A stretch of DNA of 64,000 nucleotides. Origin: Eledone cirrhosa (Eukaryota). The translations under genes and the position numbers were made by a program. Shown one piece after another: positions 38,216-50,935 of this stretch (the first letter of the stretch is position 1; each line of letters opens with the position of its first letter). The DNA lies in assembly GCA_964016885.1 (NCBI GenBank), contig OZ024740.1, positions 80,352,001 through 80,416,000 on the forward strand, given 5' to 3'. The notes beneath the pieces were generated by a model, which was not told the origin of the DNA, did not search any database, and saw nothing but the letters and a program-made list of their open reading frames with translations.

Positions 38216-38516
38216 GTATATGTATATGTATATGTATGTGTATATATATGTATATATATGTGTGTATTTGTATGGTTGTGTTTGTGTGTGTATGTGTATA
38301 TATATATATGTGTATGTATGTGCTTAATTTCATACAGAGTGATTACATGTTTATTTTCATTGATCATTTACTCCAGGAACTTGTTGAGTGCTCTAAATCA
38401 GCTATAAACATTTATACCTTTATCTATTTATTTATTTATTATTTGTCGTATTCCCAACTATTTGTTTACCCCTTCCACCTTTTTATTTATATATATATAT
38501 AATATTTGTGTATTTT

Positions 38517-38575
<59 letters not shown>

Positions 38576-39042
38576 ATGTATGCGTGAGTGTATATATATA
38601 TATATATGTATGTAATTGTATGTGTATATATGTGTATGTATGTATAATTATATATATGGATGTATATGTGTGTGTATGTATTTATTTATTTACTTATATG
38701 TATGTATGCGTATGCGTAAATATGTGTGTATTGCCTACCACGTGTGTTTGTTTATTTAGTTGTGTCCGTTCCTGTATCGCTGTCAACGTTATAATAATGT
38801 TTATTATTTTTTATTTTCTTAAGTCGTATATTTTTTTATTTTGATGTGACGGCCTTCAGCATTATTTTTTTATTATTATTTTTCTATTATTATTTTCTTA
38901 TAATTAATTGTGTACGTGCGTATGTAGGTGTGTGTACATATATCTATATATATATGTGTGTGCGTATGTATGTGTGTATATATGTGTGTATATATGTGCA
39001 TGTATGTACGTGTGTGTATATATGTATGACTGTGTGTGTGTA

Positions 39043-39101
<59 letters not shown>

Positions 39102-39110
<9 letters not shown>

Positions 39111-39635
39111 TAAACAAATAATGAACAAACAATTCCTTATATTAAACAAAAAAAGTTCACTATTTAACGATCGTTTCTAGGGCATATATGTGTTATAATT
39201 GGTATGCATATTTAACAGATCTATGTACAAAATTATACAAAATTATACAAATTATCAAGATTAAATATACATACCTAACTCATATATACGCCGTCTTCAG
39301 AAATAATCCAGACGGCGTATATATGAGTTAGGTATGTATATTTAATCTTGATAATTTGTATAATTTTGTATAATTTTGTACATAGATCTGTTAAATATGC
39401 ATACCAATTATAACACATATATGCCCTAGAAACGATCGTTAAATAGTGAACTTTTTTTGTTTAATATAAGGAATTGTTTGTTCATTATTTGTTTAATATT
39501 TTATCTTGACTCTGTATACCGTTTATCTTTCACCGAAAGTGGATTTTCATTACATCTCTTCTTTCCATGATATCCGGAATACATTGAGTTCTTCATACGG
39601 ATTGGACACTACCGTAAACTCTTGGTAGATTTATC

Positions 39636-39640
<5 letters not shown>
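39102..39640. mobile_element. ORF-less pLTR foldback: perfect ~195-bp arms with a 13-nt loop, nested in (TA)n
   Basis: 39102-39296 is the reverse complement of 39310-39504; right side continues to ~39640. Confidence 0.9.
39159..39307 (-). ncRNA. Type I hammerhead with very long stem II
   Basis: Minus strand: attattt-CTGAAGA-[~115-nt hairpin ggcgtatat../..atatatgcc, ggtatgtatatttaa/ttaaatatgcatacc]-GAAA-cgatcg-TT-aaatagt. Confidence 0.78.
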
Positions 39641-39667
<27 letters not shown>

Positions 39668-39669
39668 CG

Positions 39670-39701
<32 letters not shown>

Positions 39702-39849
39702 TACATATATATGCATGTGCGTGTGTATGTATGGATATGTGTGTGTATATATATATATATATATATACATAGGTATGTATGTATGTGTGTATATGTATAT
39801 ATGTGTCTATATATATGTGTGTATGTGTATATATGTATATATATATATG

Positions 39850-39918
<69 letters not shown>

Positions 39919-40123
39919 ATGTATATATGTATATGTTTATATGTATGTATATGCGTGTGTGCGTGTGTGTGTGTGTGCATGTCTGTTTATCTACTTTTAT
40001 ATTTATTCTTTTTCCTCTTCTTTTTTTCTCTCTTCTTTTCCCCTTCGTCTTCCTTTTCCAGCCTCACTTTCATATAGATTATATTTTTGTTTTTAAAATC
40101 CGGTCAATAAATACACCAGGAAT

Positions 40124-40186
40124 TTTTAATTCTGATGAATGAAAGCAAATTTCGTTTACTTTCAAGAACCCACTGGTAAATGAAAT
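40124..40186 (+). ncRNA. Degenerate hammerhead (GAAA->GAAC)
   Basis: ttttaatt-CTGATGA-a tgaaag..ctttca a-GAAC-ccactgg-TA-aatgaaat. Confidence 0.6.
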
Positions 40187-40210
40187 AATTATCTTATGTT
40201 GTTTATTACA

Positions 40211-40308
<98 letters not shown>

Positions 40309-40318
40309 AACGAGTAGG

Positions 40319-40414
40319 ACCCCGACGCTTGAGCTCAAGCCGTTTCGACGACTAATTCTGGACTAAATGAAAATGTTTATCCTGGTATATGAATAGCCGA
40401 GCTTCTCAGGGGGT
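40319..40414 (-). ncRNA. Hammerhead variant (CTGAGAA core) in 3' pLTR
   Basis: acccc-CTGAGAA-gctcggcta..tagtcgtc-GAAA-cg gcttgagctcaagc g-TC-ggggt. Confidence 0.65.
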
Positions 40415-41561
40415 AATTCCATATATGGTAAAAGTGATTGTCACAAGGATTGGTCAAAAGTTTGTTGTTGAGACACATAATTCTATCATGGCAATTTGTG
40501 GTAGGAAGGGAAAGCTGAACCTGCCAGTAGAAGAAAGAGGGAGAGGGGGTGGAGGAAACACAGTCATCCGTTGATAGTGCGAACTACAGCAGGGCAGGAG
40601 GTCAAGGAAGTATACTAGGGAGGAGGAGGGGGAGGAAGTTGAAACCATAAGCAAAATAATAAGGGGTAAATATATAGAAAAATACCGAGAATGTTAAAAA
40701 AACAATTAAATATAAAAAAAACAAACCATTTCTGGTTACTATAACCTAAGGACAGCTATCAATCTCTCACTGGTACTGCTAGACTAAAGAAAGGTTTACT
40801 AGGTGGGACGGAATTATAATGAGCCCCTTTTAAGAGGTATTAGTAATCAACCGAGTATATCTTACGGTGACGGGTCAACAAGTGGGGGGCCAAAATACTA
40901 AAGAAACTACCACGAAATAATAATTCAGAGTCCCGAGACTAATACGAAATAATGGTTTCTACCCTAGGCACAAGGAAAGCAACCACCCAGTGCAAAAAAA
41001 AACTAATACGAAATAATAATTCAGAATCCCGAAAAAGAATACTAATACTATCTCTAAGGGTGCCGCTACGTTACAAAAATTCTAGTGCAAACTACATAAA
41101 TGCTCGTACGAAGTATATGAAAAATTTGATACGGAAAATTAATTCAGACCCCCCCCCCCCCCACCAAAAAAAAATACTGATATACTAGAAATTAAAGCAA
41201 AGATACCACTAAGAAATGTAGAAAGCACGGAAAAGGGGCAGCCATCGGATAAGAAGGCAAGTATCCGTGGTCTATCACATCTGCTATTAAAAGCGGAGTC
41301 GGCCAATTCTATCATAGAATAGGGGAAGTGGGTGGGGGGTACTGAGGCTACAAAGGACCGAGGGGCTGCCTCGGGTGGGCGAGAAAGTGAAAAGGACGAC
41401 GACAAAGAAAGAGGACTGGGGTGGAAGGACTAGGGAGGGATTGGGGGAAGAAGGAAATATAGAGGAAGCGATAAAAAGATATAAAAGAAGATCTTACGTC
41501 TACCTTTGCAAGCAGGGGTTACCCATTACAAAGTCGGCAAGTGGGGTGTTATAGTCCTTGT

Positions 41562-43714
41562 CTACCCCCCCGGGTCATTATGGGGTTTGAGGGCGAGGTA
41601 AGTCCTACACAATCTGTGTTTGCATGCAGTTACCAGTTCATCTTTCTTGTTTAGGAGTTGGTCCGTCGAAAACAGCATTTGTAAAGTTTCCTCCGAGCAT
41701 AAATTGCACGGACGGCGTCCTCCCGTGTAAGAGTTGGCTCTGGACAGTAAGCTCCAAGTGAGATCACAGGTAATATTGTTATCCTTGAGGTCCCACATGT
41801 GGCCCGAAAGTGTAGTGGCGTGACGCCGGGCCGGGTTTCGGAAGGTATGTCTGTATTGGTATAGCCGGGTCTTGAAGTCACATGTGGTTAATCCTATATA
41901 AGCTTTGTTGGAGGTGTCCGTCCTCACGTTGCACTGGTAGATCACATTACGATCTCTGCATCTGTTGTCGAGGGGCAATGTATCCATCAGGACAGTTGCA
42001 CCTCTTGGTCGGCTCTCCACTGCTATTTAGGTTATTTCTTCCATAGGGGTTGAGTTTTTTGTTGTTAGAGGAGACGATGTTTTGTGCGAAGTTTGGTGTG
42101 GTGCTGTAGGAGAGTTTGATGGTATTTTTGTTAATTATGTTGTGGTAGCGGTGTTGTAGTGGGAAGTGTTTTTCAATGAGCCTAAAGAAGATTTTCCCGA
42201 TAGGAGTTGTCATCTCGGCGTTGTGGGGAGGATTGAACCATGTTACATTGCGTGAGCGGCGGTGTCACCTGCTGGTTTCGCTAATGGAAGCTGGACAGTT
42301 AGATATTTCCTCCCGGAAACCACTCCGCTTGAGGGCCTGATTGTAATAAGGCGCATGTTCCTCGAATATCTGCTCATTAGCGGACAAACGAGATATGCGG
42401 AGGGAGATGTTTTTAACTAGGTTATTGGTGATGTTCCTAGGATGGTTTGACCTGCGGTGGATGTAGTGCAGGTTGTCGTTGGGTTTCCTGTATGGGTAGT
42501 ACAGATCATTATCGAGGTCAAGGGTAACGTCCAGGAAATTTACTCGGGTCAGGGACGTTTGTAGGGTTATTTTAAATCCCCAGTCGCGGAAGAAGCTGAT
42601 TAATTGTTTACGGACCCGGTCTGTACTACTGGGGTTGTACCCTTTAAGGGTAAGAAGCCCATCATAATGGTACAATCCACCGCCGAATGCAGGAAACATA
42701 TCGGTGAGTTTAGCTAGTAGGAATAATCCTATAAGATCTGTGACCTCAGCCGAATCCGTCGCGCCCATGCTGACGTCGAAGGGTGAGTCGGGAGCTCTCT
42801 TTATCCATTTGGAGTTGTCGAAGAGTAGGACTGTCCTCCTGGCGTGGAGGATGATGTTTCTTTCCTGGTCGGTGATGGGCGCAAGTGTTTCGGCGAAGTC
42901 CAAGGCAGCCGTAAGTAGCGGTAAGGTAATTAAAGCATAGTAACTCTCTATGTTAAACTGGATGAATTTAGTGTCTTGTTTGTCCTCCATATTGCTGAAC
43001 TATGAGATTACTTCCTGGGTGTTGACCCATAGGCTAAGTCTGGCGTGTTGTTTAACTTTTGGTATAACGCGGTCTAGGATTTTTTTGCTGATTCTCCCTA
43101 TGTCGGACTTCGTTGGGTTTATAAGCCTGATAGAAGGTTTACGGTGGAAATCGGATTTGTGGTCCTTCAGTGTGAAGTAGGGTGTCCGTGGGTCTAGGGG
43201 TTCCGTGCGGTCGGCGACCTCGAGGCTGGAGGTAATTTGTTGTCCATCTCGATATATGTCCTCGATGCATGAGTGGTTAGCCTTTTTATAGGTGGAGTTT
43301 AGTCTGCTCCTGATCAGTGTGTGGTATTTGTCGGGGTTGACAAAGTAGAGGTTACCAGTTTTATTGGAGTGCACCATGATGTCATTGGTGTTATCATACT
43401 CTGTTAAGTTGCTACGGAGTTTTTTGTAGGAATCGGTTGTGTCTGGGTTTGAATTTAATGTTCTTGACCAGTTGGAAAAGGTCATTCTCGAAGGGTGAGA
43501 GCATAGGGTTCGGAGGGGGAGATTTGTAGGTAATAAATCCGAATCTCTCCTTGGTACCGAAGTCCTGATTGTCGCAATATCTGTCGTAGAAAAAAGTTCT
43601 CCATCTAAGTCTTTTCATAAATAGATCGATATTTTGCGTGAGCATCCGAAGGTAAAGTTTTTTCAGTGGTACTGGGATGTTCTTGGTAGACAAGTCGATG
43701 TTGTGTTTTCGCAT
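41562..43714 (-). pseudogene. Penelope-like polyprotein (N-terminus, RT, GIY-YIG), several frameshifts
   Basis: STKNIPVP..FMKRLRWRTFF; TLKDHK..RLINPTKS; SMGATDSAEVTDLIGL; YHYDG (YRDDG-derived); VIYQC..YIGLT..CNLCSEE..CKH. Confidence 0.95.
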
Positions 43715-43826
43715 GGCAGGTTCAGCTACCCCCTTCCTTCCACAAATTGCCATGATAGAATTATGTGTCTCAACAACAAACTTTTGATCAATCCTTGTGA
43801 CAATCACTTTTACCATATATGGAATT

Positions 43827-43922
43827 ACCCCCTGAGAAGCTCGGCTATTCATATACCAGGATAAAGATTTTCATTTCGTCCAGAATTAGCCGTCGAAACG
43901 GCTTGAGCTCAACCGTCGGGGT
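43827..43922 (+). ncRNA. Hammerhead variant (CTGAGAA core) in inverted 5' pLTR
   Basis: acccc-CTGAGAA-gctcggcta..tagccgtc-GAAA-cgg cttgagctcaa ccg-TC-ggggt. Confidence 0.65.
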
Positions 43923-44013
43923 CCTACTCGTTCCTATTACCCACTCTAGTACCCTAAGTATTGAGTACTTTGGTGCGTTATGGTTCTCCTGGTTCCTTAC
44001 CACATTCCCTTCG

Positions 44014-44047
<34 letters not shown>

Positions 44048-44096
44048 GATATTATGATATTAAACAAATGGAAAATTACATTTATAAAACCATATT

Positions 44097-44162
44097 TATT
44101 TAATTATATATATTTCAGGGATATCATATTAAAAATATGGTATGCCCTCTTCAGACAAAATA
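44097..44162 (-). ncRNA. Minimal type I hammerhead
   Basis: tattttgt-CTGAAGA-gggcataccatatt ttt aatatgatatccct-GAAA-tatata-TA-attaaata. Confidence 0.82.
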
Positions 44163-46596
44163 CAATATATAGACAGTTTTATAAATAAATTTGACATACC
44201 TTAGAGTTTACAACTTCCATTTAAAAAGTTGTTACGGTAGTGAAAATGTTAAGGACGGTTAGAAAGAAAGACGGAGAAAAAAGGAAAAAGAAAAAGAAGG
44301 AGAAAAGAAAAAAAAGAAAAAGAAAGAGCGGAAGGTGAAGAAGATGAAGAAATGTATGTAAAGGGAAAACCACCGAATGAGATCTATAAGGGAAGGGGGT
44401 ACTGTAATTATTCACTTGTTTATTTATTTATTTAGTGTTAAGGATACGGGGAGAGATAAAAACAAAAATAAATAAGGAGAGGTAGATCGAGTAATATCTA
44501 TTATACGAGGTGGGAGAGATAGGGGAGGGGTGATATACAGGAGATGGAGTTAAAACAGCCGATATAAGAGTACAGGTAGGAGGAGAGGAGATATATTTAG
44601 AAACAAAAATGATAGTTTTAAAATATTATGTTTCATCAGTCTATCAATTCCTATGAATTATAATGTAAACATCAATATTCATGAATGAGACACATATCAA
44701 TAACGTGTGAAAAAATAGTGACTCTATGTTTATTTTAAAAATTCATAGGTTTATAATCAAAATCTGAGATAAAACCTCAAAAAATACTGGAATACATAGG
44801 TATATATGTATTTTCATGAAAAAAGAGAAAAGAGAAAGAAAAAGAGAAGGTTATCTCAAACTGACATTATAGACACATGTGAGTTTATATGATCAGCTCT
44901 GTAAATTTTTATTTCACATGGAAATCTTCATTGCGTTAAAAAGATTTTACCATACACATAAGTGTACATACATATAAATATACATAAAATATAGATTATA
45001 TTAAAATATTAAAAACGCCAAGAATATTTTTCTCCCCAGAATATCTAGGGCCGTAGTAAAAACACAGTGTGCTCAGCATATCAATCAATCCCTCCAATTT
45101 ATTTGACAATATTGCCAAGTTTATTAGAAGCAATCAGAGTCAAAAGCAAACAAAACCAAAATTATTCACCAAACCTATTTAGCAGAAATCATTCAAAAAA
45201 AACTTTAGGATACTCGGTTGTTCTACAGATGCTCTTATATTTATTCTAGAAGTTTATCTAGCTTACAAATTTTATTCAATAGATTTGGATCATCACCGTT
45301 TTAAGGTAGTTTAATTACATTATTAATTATATATTCATGAAGAAGGTTTAAAAAATTGAAGGAATCGAAAGATTTATCGCCAAGTTTTCTAAAATAATTA
45401 AAAGTCTTAAGTAAATATATTACATTTTAAACTTATATTTATATTTAAAAGTTGAGTTCAATCTATGTCTGCAGCAACTGAATAAATTGGTCCGTAAATT
45501 AAGGGAATTTTTAGATTTTAGTATAAAGAATATCTCCTCTGCGCAGAGGTCACATGTCTCAGAGGAGGAAATAAAAGGAGACTATATTCCAAACCGTCGA
45601 ATATCCAACGTTATCATGTTTAAGTTGCCAGAGTAAGCCTGATAGTGATGTTGAAGATTTTTTGTTTGGATCTGTGAAAGAATTCTTGTGATTATTATAG
45701 CGAAGTTTAAATTCTGTCGAGGTGGAACCAACATAATTAAAAGAATTTAAGTCAGTTTTAACATTACAGTTGTATATTATATTTTTAACTAAGCAATTGT
45801 TATTTAACGGGCATTTAGATCTATCTCTTCAGTTACAGTTGTTTACTTGAATATTGTTTATGCTATTATCGGTATTTTGGCTAGGTTTTAGATTTCTATT
45901 ATTTATTCTATTAATATTTTGTGCTAAATTTTTGGTGGACGAGTAGGTTAATTTTATAGTATGTCTATTGAAAATTGAGTGATACTTATGTGTTCTAGGG
46001 AATCGTTTGTCAAGAGCATTAAAAAATAGTTTAGCGATGTGGGTTTTAATGTTTAGTGAGAAAGGGGGGGGGGGGGGGCAAACCAAATTATGTTTCTAGT
46101 TCTATTCCTTTTCTGGTTTTTGGAATTATTGTAATTCATTCTATTATAGTTGTTAAAGTTGTTACCGTAATTAAAATTGTTGTTATTTTGGTTAGTTTGT
46201 CTATTATTATCGATGTACATAATTTTATCACTATATCCTGCTCTAGCTAACGCTTCATTGTAATAGTGGGCTTTTTGGTCGAAAATATTTTTATTAGATG
46301 AGATTCTAGAGATACGTTTTTGAACAGAGTTCACTATAGTATTTTTAACAGATCTGGGGTGGTTGGAGTTAAAGTTGACATAATTCAAGTTTTCATTTAA
46401 CTTGTGAAATGGATAGTGAAGACATGTGATGAGATTTAATGTTACATCTAGGAAATTGACTATTCTATGATTATTCTCAATTTCTATTCTTTTTTCTCCG
46501 TCTTTCTTTCTAACCGTCCTAACATTTTCACTACCGTAACAACTTTTTAAATGGAAGTTGTAAACTCTAAGGTATGTCAAATTTGTCTATATATTG

Positions 46597-46662
46597 TATT
46601 TTGTCTGAAGAGGGCATACCATATTTTTAATATGATATCCCTGAAATATATATAATGAAATA
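46597..46662 (+). ncRNA. Minimal type I hammerhead (inverted pLTR copy)
   Basis: tattttgt-CTGAAGA-ggg..ccct-GAAA-tatata-TA-atgaaata. Confidence 0.85.
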
Positions 46663-46789
46663 AATATGGTTTTATAAATGTAATTTTCCATTTGTTTAAT
46701 ATCGTAAAATACTCCAAAATCTGTTGAGTGCTTTTATATCAGTTATAAAATATTTACTCGTTGTAACCCAACATTTTAAATAAAACTTT

Positions 46790-46905
<116 letters not shown>

Positions 46906-47089
46906 TATAATTCTTTCTTTCCCATTACCTTATCTTATCATGTTCCACATCACCCTCCTTTTTGTTCTTTTTTTCTTTTTACTTCAAAAACCTTGTTTGT
47001 AAATAATATTATTCTTTCTTTCCCATTTCCTTAACAGGTTCAACATCACATTATTTTCTCTCCAGCATTTTATACCAATACAAACTCCC

Positions 47090-47127
47090 CTCTTTGATAA
47101 TGCATAAAATGCTGAAACCGGTAATAG
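47090..47127 (+). ncRNA. Decayed hammerhead
   Basis: TTGATAA (two transitions from CTGATGA)-t gcat aaa atgc t-GAAA-ccgg-TA. Confidence 0.45.
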
Positions 47128-47313
47128 ACTATTATTAAATATATAAATATATAAATTAAATGGTATTGTTAATTAATAAATAAATTAACTAATACCTTAA
47201 AACTTCACACGAAGTAAAATATTTCATTTTAAACATTTTCTAACCCAGAAAAACAGAGAAAAATGAAAAGGAAAAAAAAAATCTTTTTTCCTAATAATCG
47301 TCTTTTTCTCCCT

Positions 47314-47544
<231 letters not shown>

Positions 47545-48157
47545 AAGAGAATCCTTGTTTTCATTAAGACATCTCTTTAGGAGAAGGTCAATCTGATATA
47601 AAACCTGCAACGTCTTTTGTATCCAATGATGTAGACCAGCTCTCCCTTTTGGGCAAATGCATTCGATGTTCAGACAGTAGGATTGGCCCCGTGGAAAACC
47701 TTTCCTCACTTAAAAAAGCACAGGCATCGTTTGATATGTGTATTGTTTGATATGTGTATTGCATGGTATTGCTGGCCACAGGCAAGTCCCTAGCAGGACT
47801 AAAACGCCTTGTCCGTGATGCTCATGCTTAAGTATCAAGCGATGGCACTACTCAAAATTGAGTATATATATAAATATATATATATATAAACGGAAAAAAT
47901 GAAACGAAATTTCATTTCCCACTCTTAGTACGGCTGTTACTTAAATATAAGTATGTACACGTACATACATATATGTATACAGACGTACAGTAGTATGTAT
48001 ATATATATACATACATGCACACATATATATGTGTACGTATAGATTCACCGAAAATTTATTATAATGCTCGGTGTGTTTGTAAACAAACATCCCGTATTAA
48101 GCCGTAGTGTCTAGCAACCATCGTTTCGTTGCTCGATTGTTCAACACTGACAAAGGA

Positions 48158-48200
48158 ATGCTGTACTAGTTTCAAGCTTATTAGCTATCGTCAGCAACGT
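48158..48200 (-). ncRNA. Very compact type I hammerhead
   Basis: acgttg-CTGACGA-t agct aata agct t-GAAA-ctag-TA-cagcat. Confidence 0.82.
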
Positions 48201-48429
48201 ATACCTTCCTGCCAGATTGTTGAACGTATATACTTACCTTATGCATATTAACGGCTGAGTAGCCCAATTTGCATATCCAGTGGGTTAATCGGCCGGGTGG
48301 ACCGAAAATGTTACACACACGGACACATGAACACACACAGACACACGGACACATAAACACACAGACACACAGACACATCAACACAGACACACATACGTCT
48401 GTATACATATATGTATGTACGTGTACATA

Positions 48430-48515
<86 letters not shown>

Positions 48516-48710
48516 CACATATACGCTTAAATTTGGTGGTTTATCACTGGGTAGAATTGGTTCTGCATTGTTAAAACCACTCAACGATATGCAACGCATC
48601 CAACTTTGAATCATGTTGGTTGTGCGGGAACGGAGTAAATGTATTATAAAGTGAAATTAGAGGAGGCCAACCAAATATGTTAAATTTCCTTAATTATTTA
48701 TTCCTGCAAA

Positions 48711-48766
48711 CACAATACACATTTCAGTGTCCAGCTTGCGTAAGAACCTGGTGACATCTTCAGGTG
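48711..48766 (-). ncRNA. Hammerhead, partly degenerate, in pLTR-like fragment 48520-48890
   Basis: cac-CTGAAGA-tgtcaccag..ctggacact-GAAA-tgtgta-TT-gtg; fragment end resembles 7489-7522. Confidence 0.58.
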
Positions 48767-48978
48767 AAAATTGCGTAATAGATGTATACAAACGGAATGA
48801 TGGTAAACTTTAAGGAAACAAGCAAAGAAAATACAGTAGTGTGTTTATGTTTTTGACCCAGAGACGAACGAAGCAGCATGTTGTTATTACGGCTCGCCGT
48901 ATCTGATGAGCTGGTCGATACTGGAGGCAGGTCAATAAATTCCGTAATTTAACTTATAACACACACACACACAAACAG

Positions 48979-49048
<70 letters not shown>

Positions 49049-49124
49049 CCATATATAAATATACATATATATATATATATACATGTATAATATAAGATCA
49101 AAAGATGGTTAAAAGAGTTCCAAG

Positions 49125-49195
49125 TATTTTATTATGCGCATTTCAAAAACAAATATCATCATGGGATGATATCTGCGTTTTCATCAGATAAAATA
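49125..49195 (-). ncRNA. Minimal type I hammerhead at the end of an ORF-less PLE-type 3' region (49085-50420)
   Basis: tattttat-CTGATGA-aaacgcagatatcatc ccat gatgatatttgttttt-GAAA-tgcgca-TA-ataaaata. Confidence 0.9.
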
Positions 49196-50421
49196 GGGAT
49201 ACATGATATGAGGCTTAAAAACCACTTGCGAATAGTGAAGTTTTAAATCAACATATGAAAAATAATTTAAGATTGATGTATGAGATTGGGAAAAAGTGAG
49301 GGGGGGGGTGTGGAAAAGGTAAGGAAGAGGAGGAGATGAGAGTAAAGAATGGTGGGGGAGGAGTATAAGAAGGAAGGATGAGAGAGGAGGAGAGATGGGT
49401 GATAGAGAGAGAGAGATATCCTTTACAACTGAGAAAAAATATATATTGTCTCACAGAGAGAAGTTAAAAAGCCGTTGGAAGATAATAGATAATTTAAAAG
49501 AATTTGAAATTAAAAGTTGATGAGGTTTTATGCATGAAGAGAAAAAGGGATTAAGAATAAATTAAATTAAGGTTTGTATATTGAAGGGTTTAATAATATG
49601 TGCGAGGAAAAGAAATTATTCATATGTATTATTAAAATAAAAATATTAATGTTATTAAGGATATAATGTGAAAAGAAGTAGAAGAATGGATGAGTTATGA
49701 ATTTAGAGGAATTAGTTAGTGTTTAAGTTTGATTTTATGTAATGTAATATGTGTGCGTAATATATGTACGTAAATAGTTTGTTTAAAAATGAGCGCAGAA
49801 AGCAAAGAAGCAAATATCTAACATCAAAAAATATATATGTTTACGAAATATTTTCTAATCGTAATAATATAATATATTAAAAGAAATTAGTTAGGGTTTA
49901 AGTTGTTTTTATGTATTGTAATATGTAAAAGTCAAACGAGCATGAAAGGAAGAGATAAGGAATTTAAGGAAGAAAAATCTAACGTAAAAAAAATGTTTAT
50001 GTTTACGAAGGACTATTAAAGGTAATACTATAATGTATTAAAAAGATAATAATAATTTTTATGGCCAATGATATGAAGAAAGATGGAAGAATGGATAATG
50101 TTGTGGTGAGTAATAATAAGAATTGAGAAATAGTTAGGAAGAAAAAGTACATATTAGAGGTTAGAAATTAAAAAGGAAAGAGGAAGAAAGGAAAGTGATA
50201 AAGAGGAATGATATAGAATGAGTAACTTGTATTATATAATATATAATAAATAATATTGAAATAAGGTAGAAAGATGGGTATATTTTTAAAAGATATATAG
50301 CCCTTTGAGAAAAAGGATTTTAAACTAGTAAGGTATTAGATATTACCTGTATACTTTATGGAATGTTCTGTGGAATTTATGCAAGCAGAGAGAAAATAAA
50401 TCAGTGCGTCTATTTATTATA

Positions 50422-50501
<80 letters not shown>

Positions 50502-50892
50502 TCCAAAGAGATTGTTATGTAAACAGGAGCAAGCAGGAGTAAGCTCTCATACGTAGTATTTAGTTACGATGGAGATTTTTATAAAAATAACAAAAATAAT
50601 AATGTAAATCGTTTAATCTTTATAATTATTTCCACGGTTTTCATGCAATCGGGAAGTGTTCCATGCATTTGAGGACAACGCGTGGAAACACCTCTTGCTT
50701 AATTACAAACCTCCAGATTGAATAACATCATCATTCTAATATTCTGATCAACTCGAATAATTTATTCCGGAGATTCGCAGTTATCTCTTTTATATCGTTC
50801 GACCGTGGGATTACATTGCCTAGGAGAAGTGACCGTTCCTGCGCATGCGTTTTCATACGGTTGTTTTTCCTTTTCCGTTCAACTCCACTCAG

Positions 50893-50935
50893 ACCGAGCT
50901 GAAAATCTACATAAGTTGAAACATTTGTTATCGGT
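50893..50935 (+). ncRNA. Degenerate hammerhead in pLTR-like fragment 50500-51035
   Basis: accgag-CTGAAAA-tctacataagtt-GAAA-catttg-TT-atcggt, followed by the gagtgctcta terminal motif and (TA)n. Confidence 0.5.

Larger units (their letters stand above)
36431..40215 (+). mobile_element. 5'-truncated PLE with microsatellite-rich 3' region and inverted 5' copy of that region
   Basis: 36431-36954 is the inverse of 38778-39860 lacking 39102-39640; coding 36955-37926; HHR-like motif 40124-40186. Confidence 0.7.
40305..44015 (-). mobile_element. Near full-length PLE with 3' pLTR (40305-40526) and inverted 5' pLTR (43714-44015)
   Basis: The two repeats are reverse complements; (TA)n on both sides; coding region between. 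Confidence 0.92.

Noticed and set aside
43715-43852. N-terminus MNSRASQGVIP... of ORF 43412-43852 and its twin 40389-40574
   Set aside because: Antisense read-through of the inverted pLTR; PLE homology starts only near 43714
46489-46580. N-terminus of ORF 46053-46580
   Set aside because: Also inverted pLTR sequence fused by chance in frame to truncated RT
48903-48945. ctgatgagctggtcgatac..gtc as a hammerhead (copy at 51353)
   Set aside because: GATA instead of GAAA in both copies, and no stem I pairing
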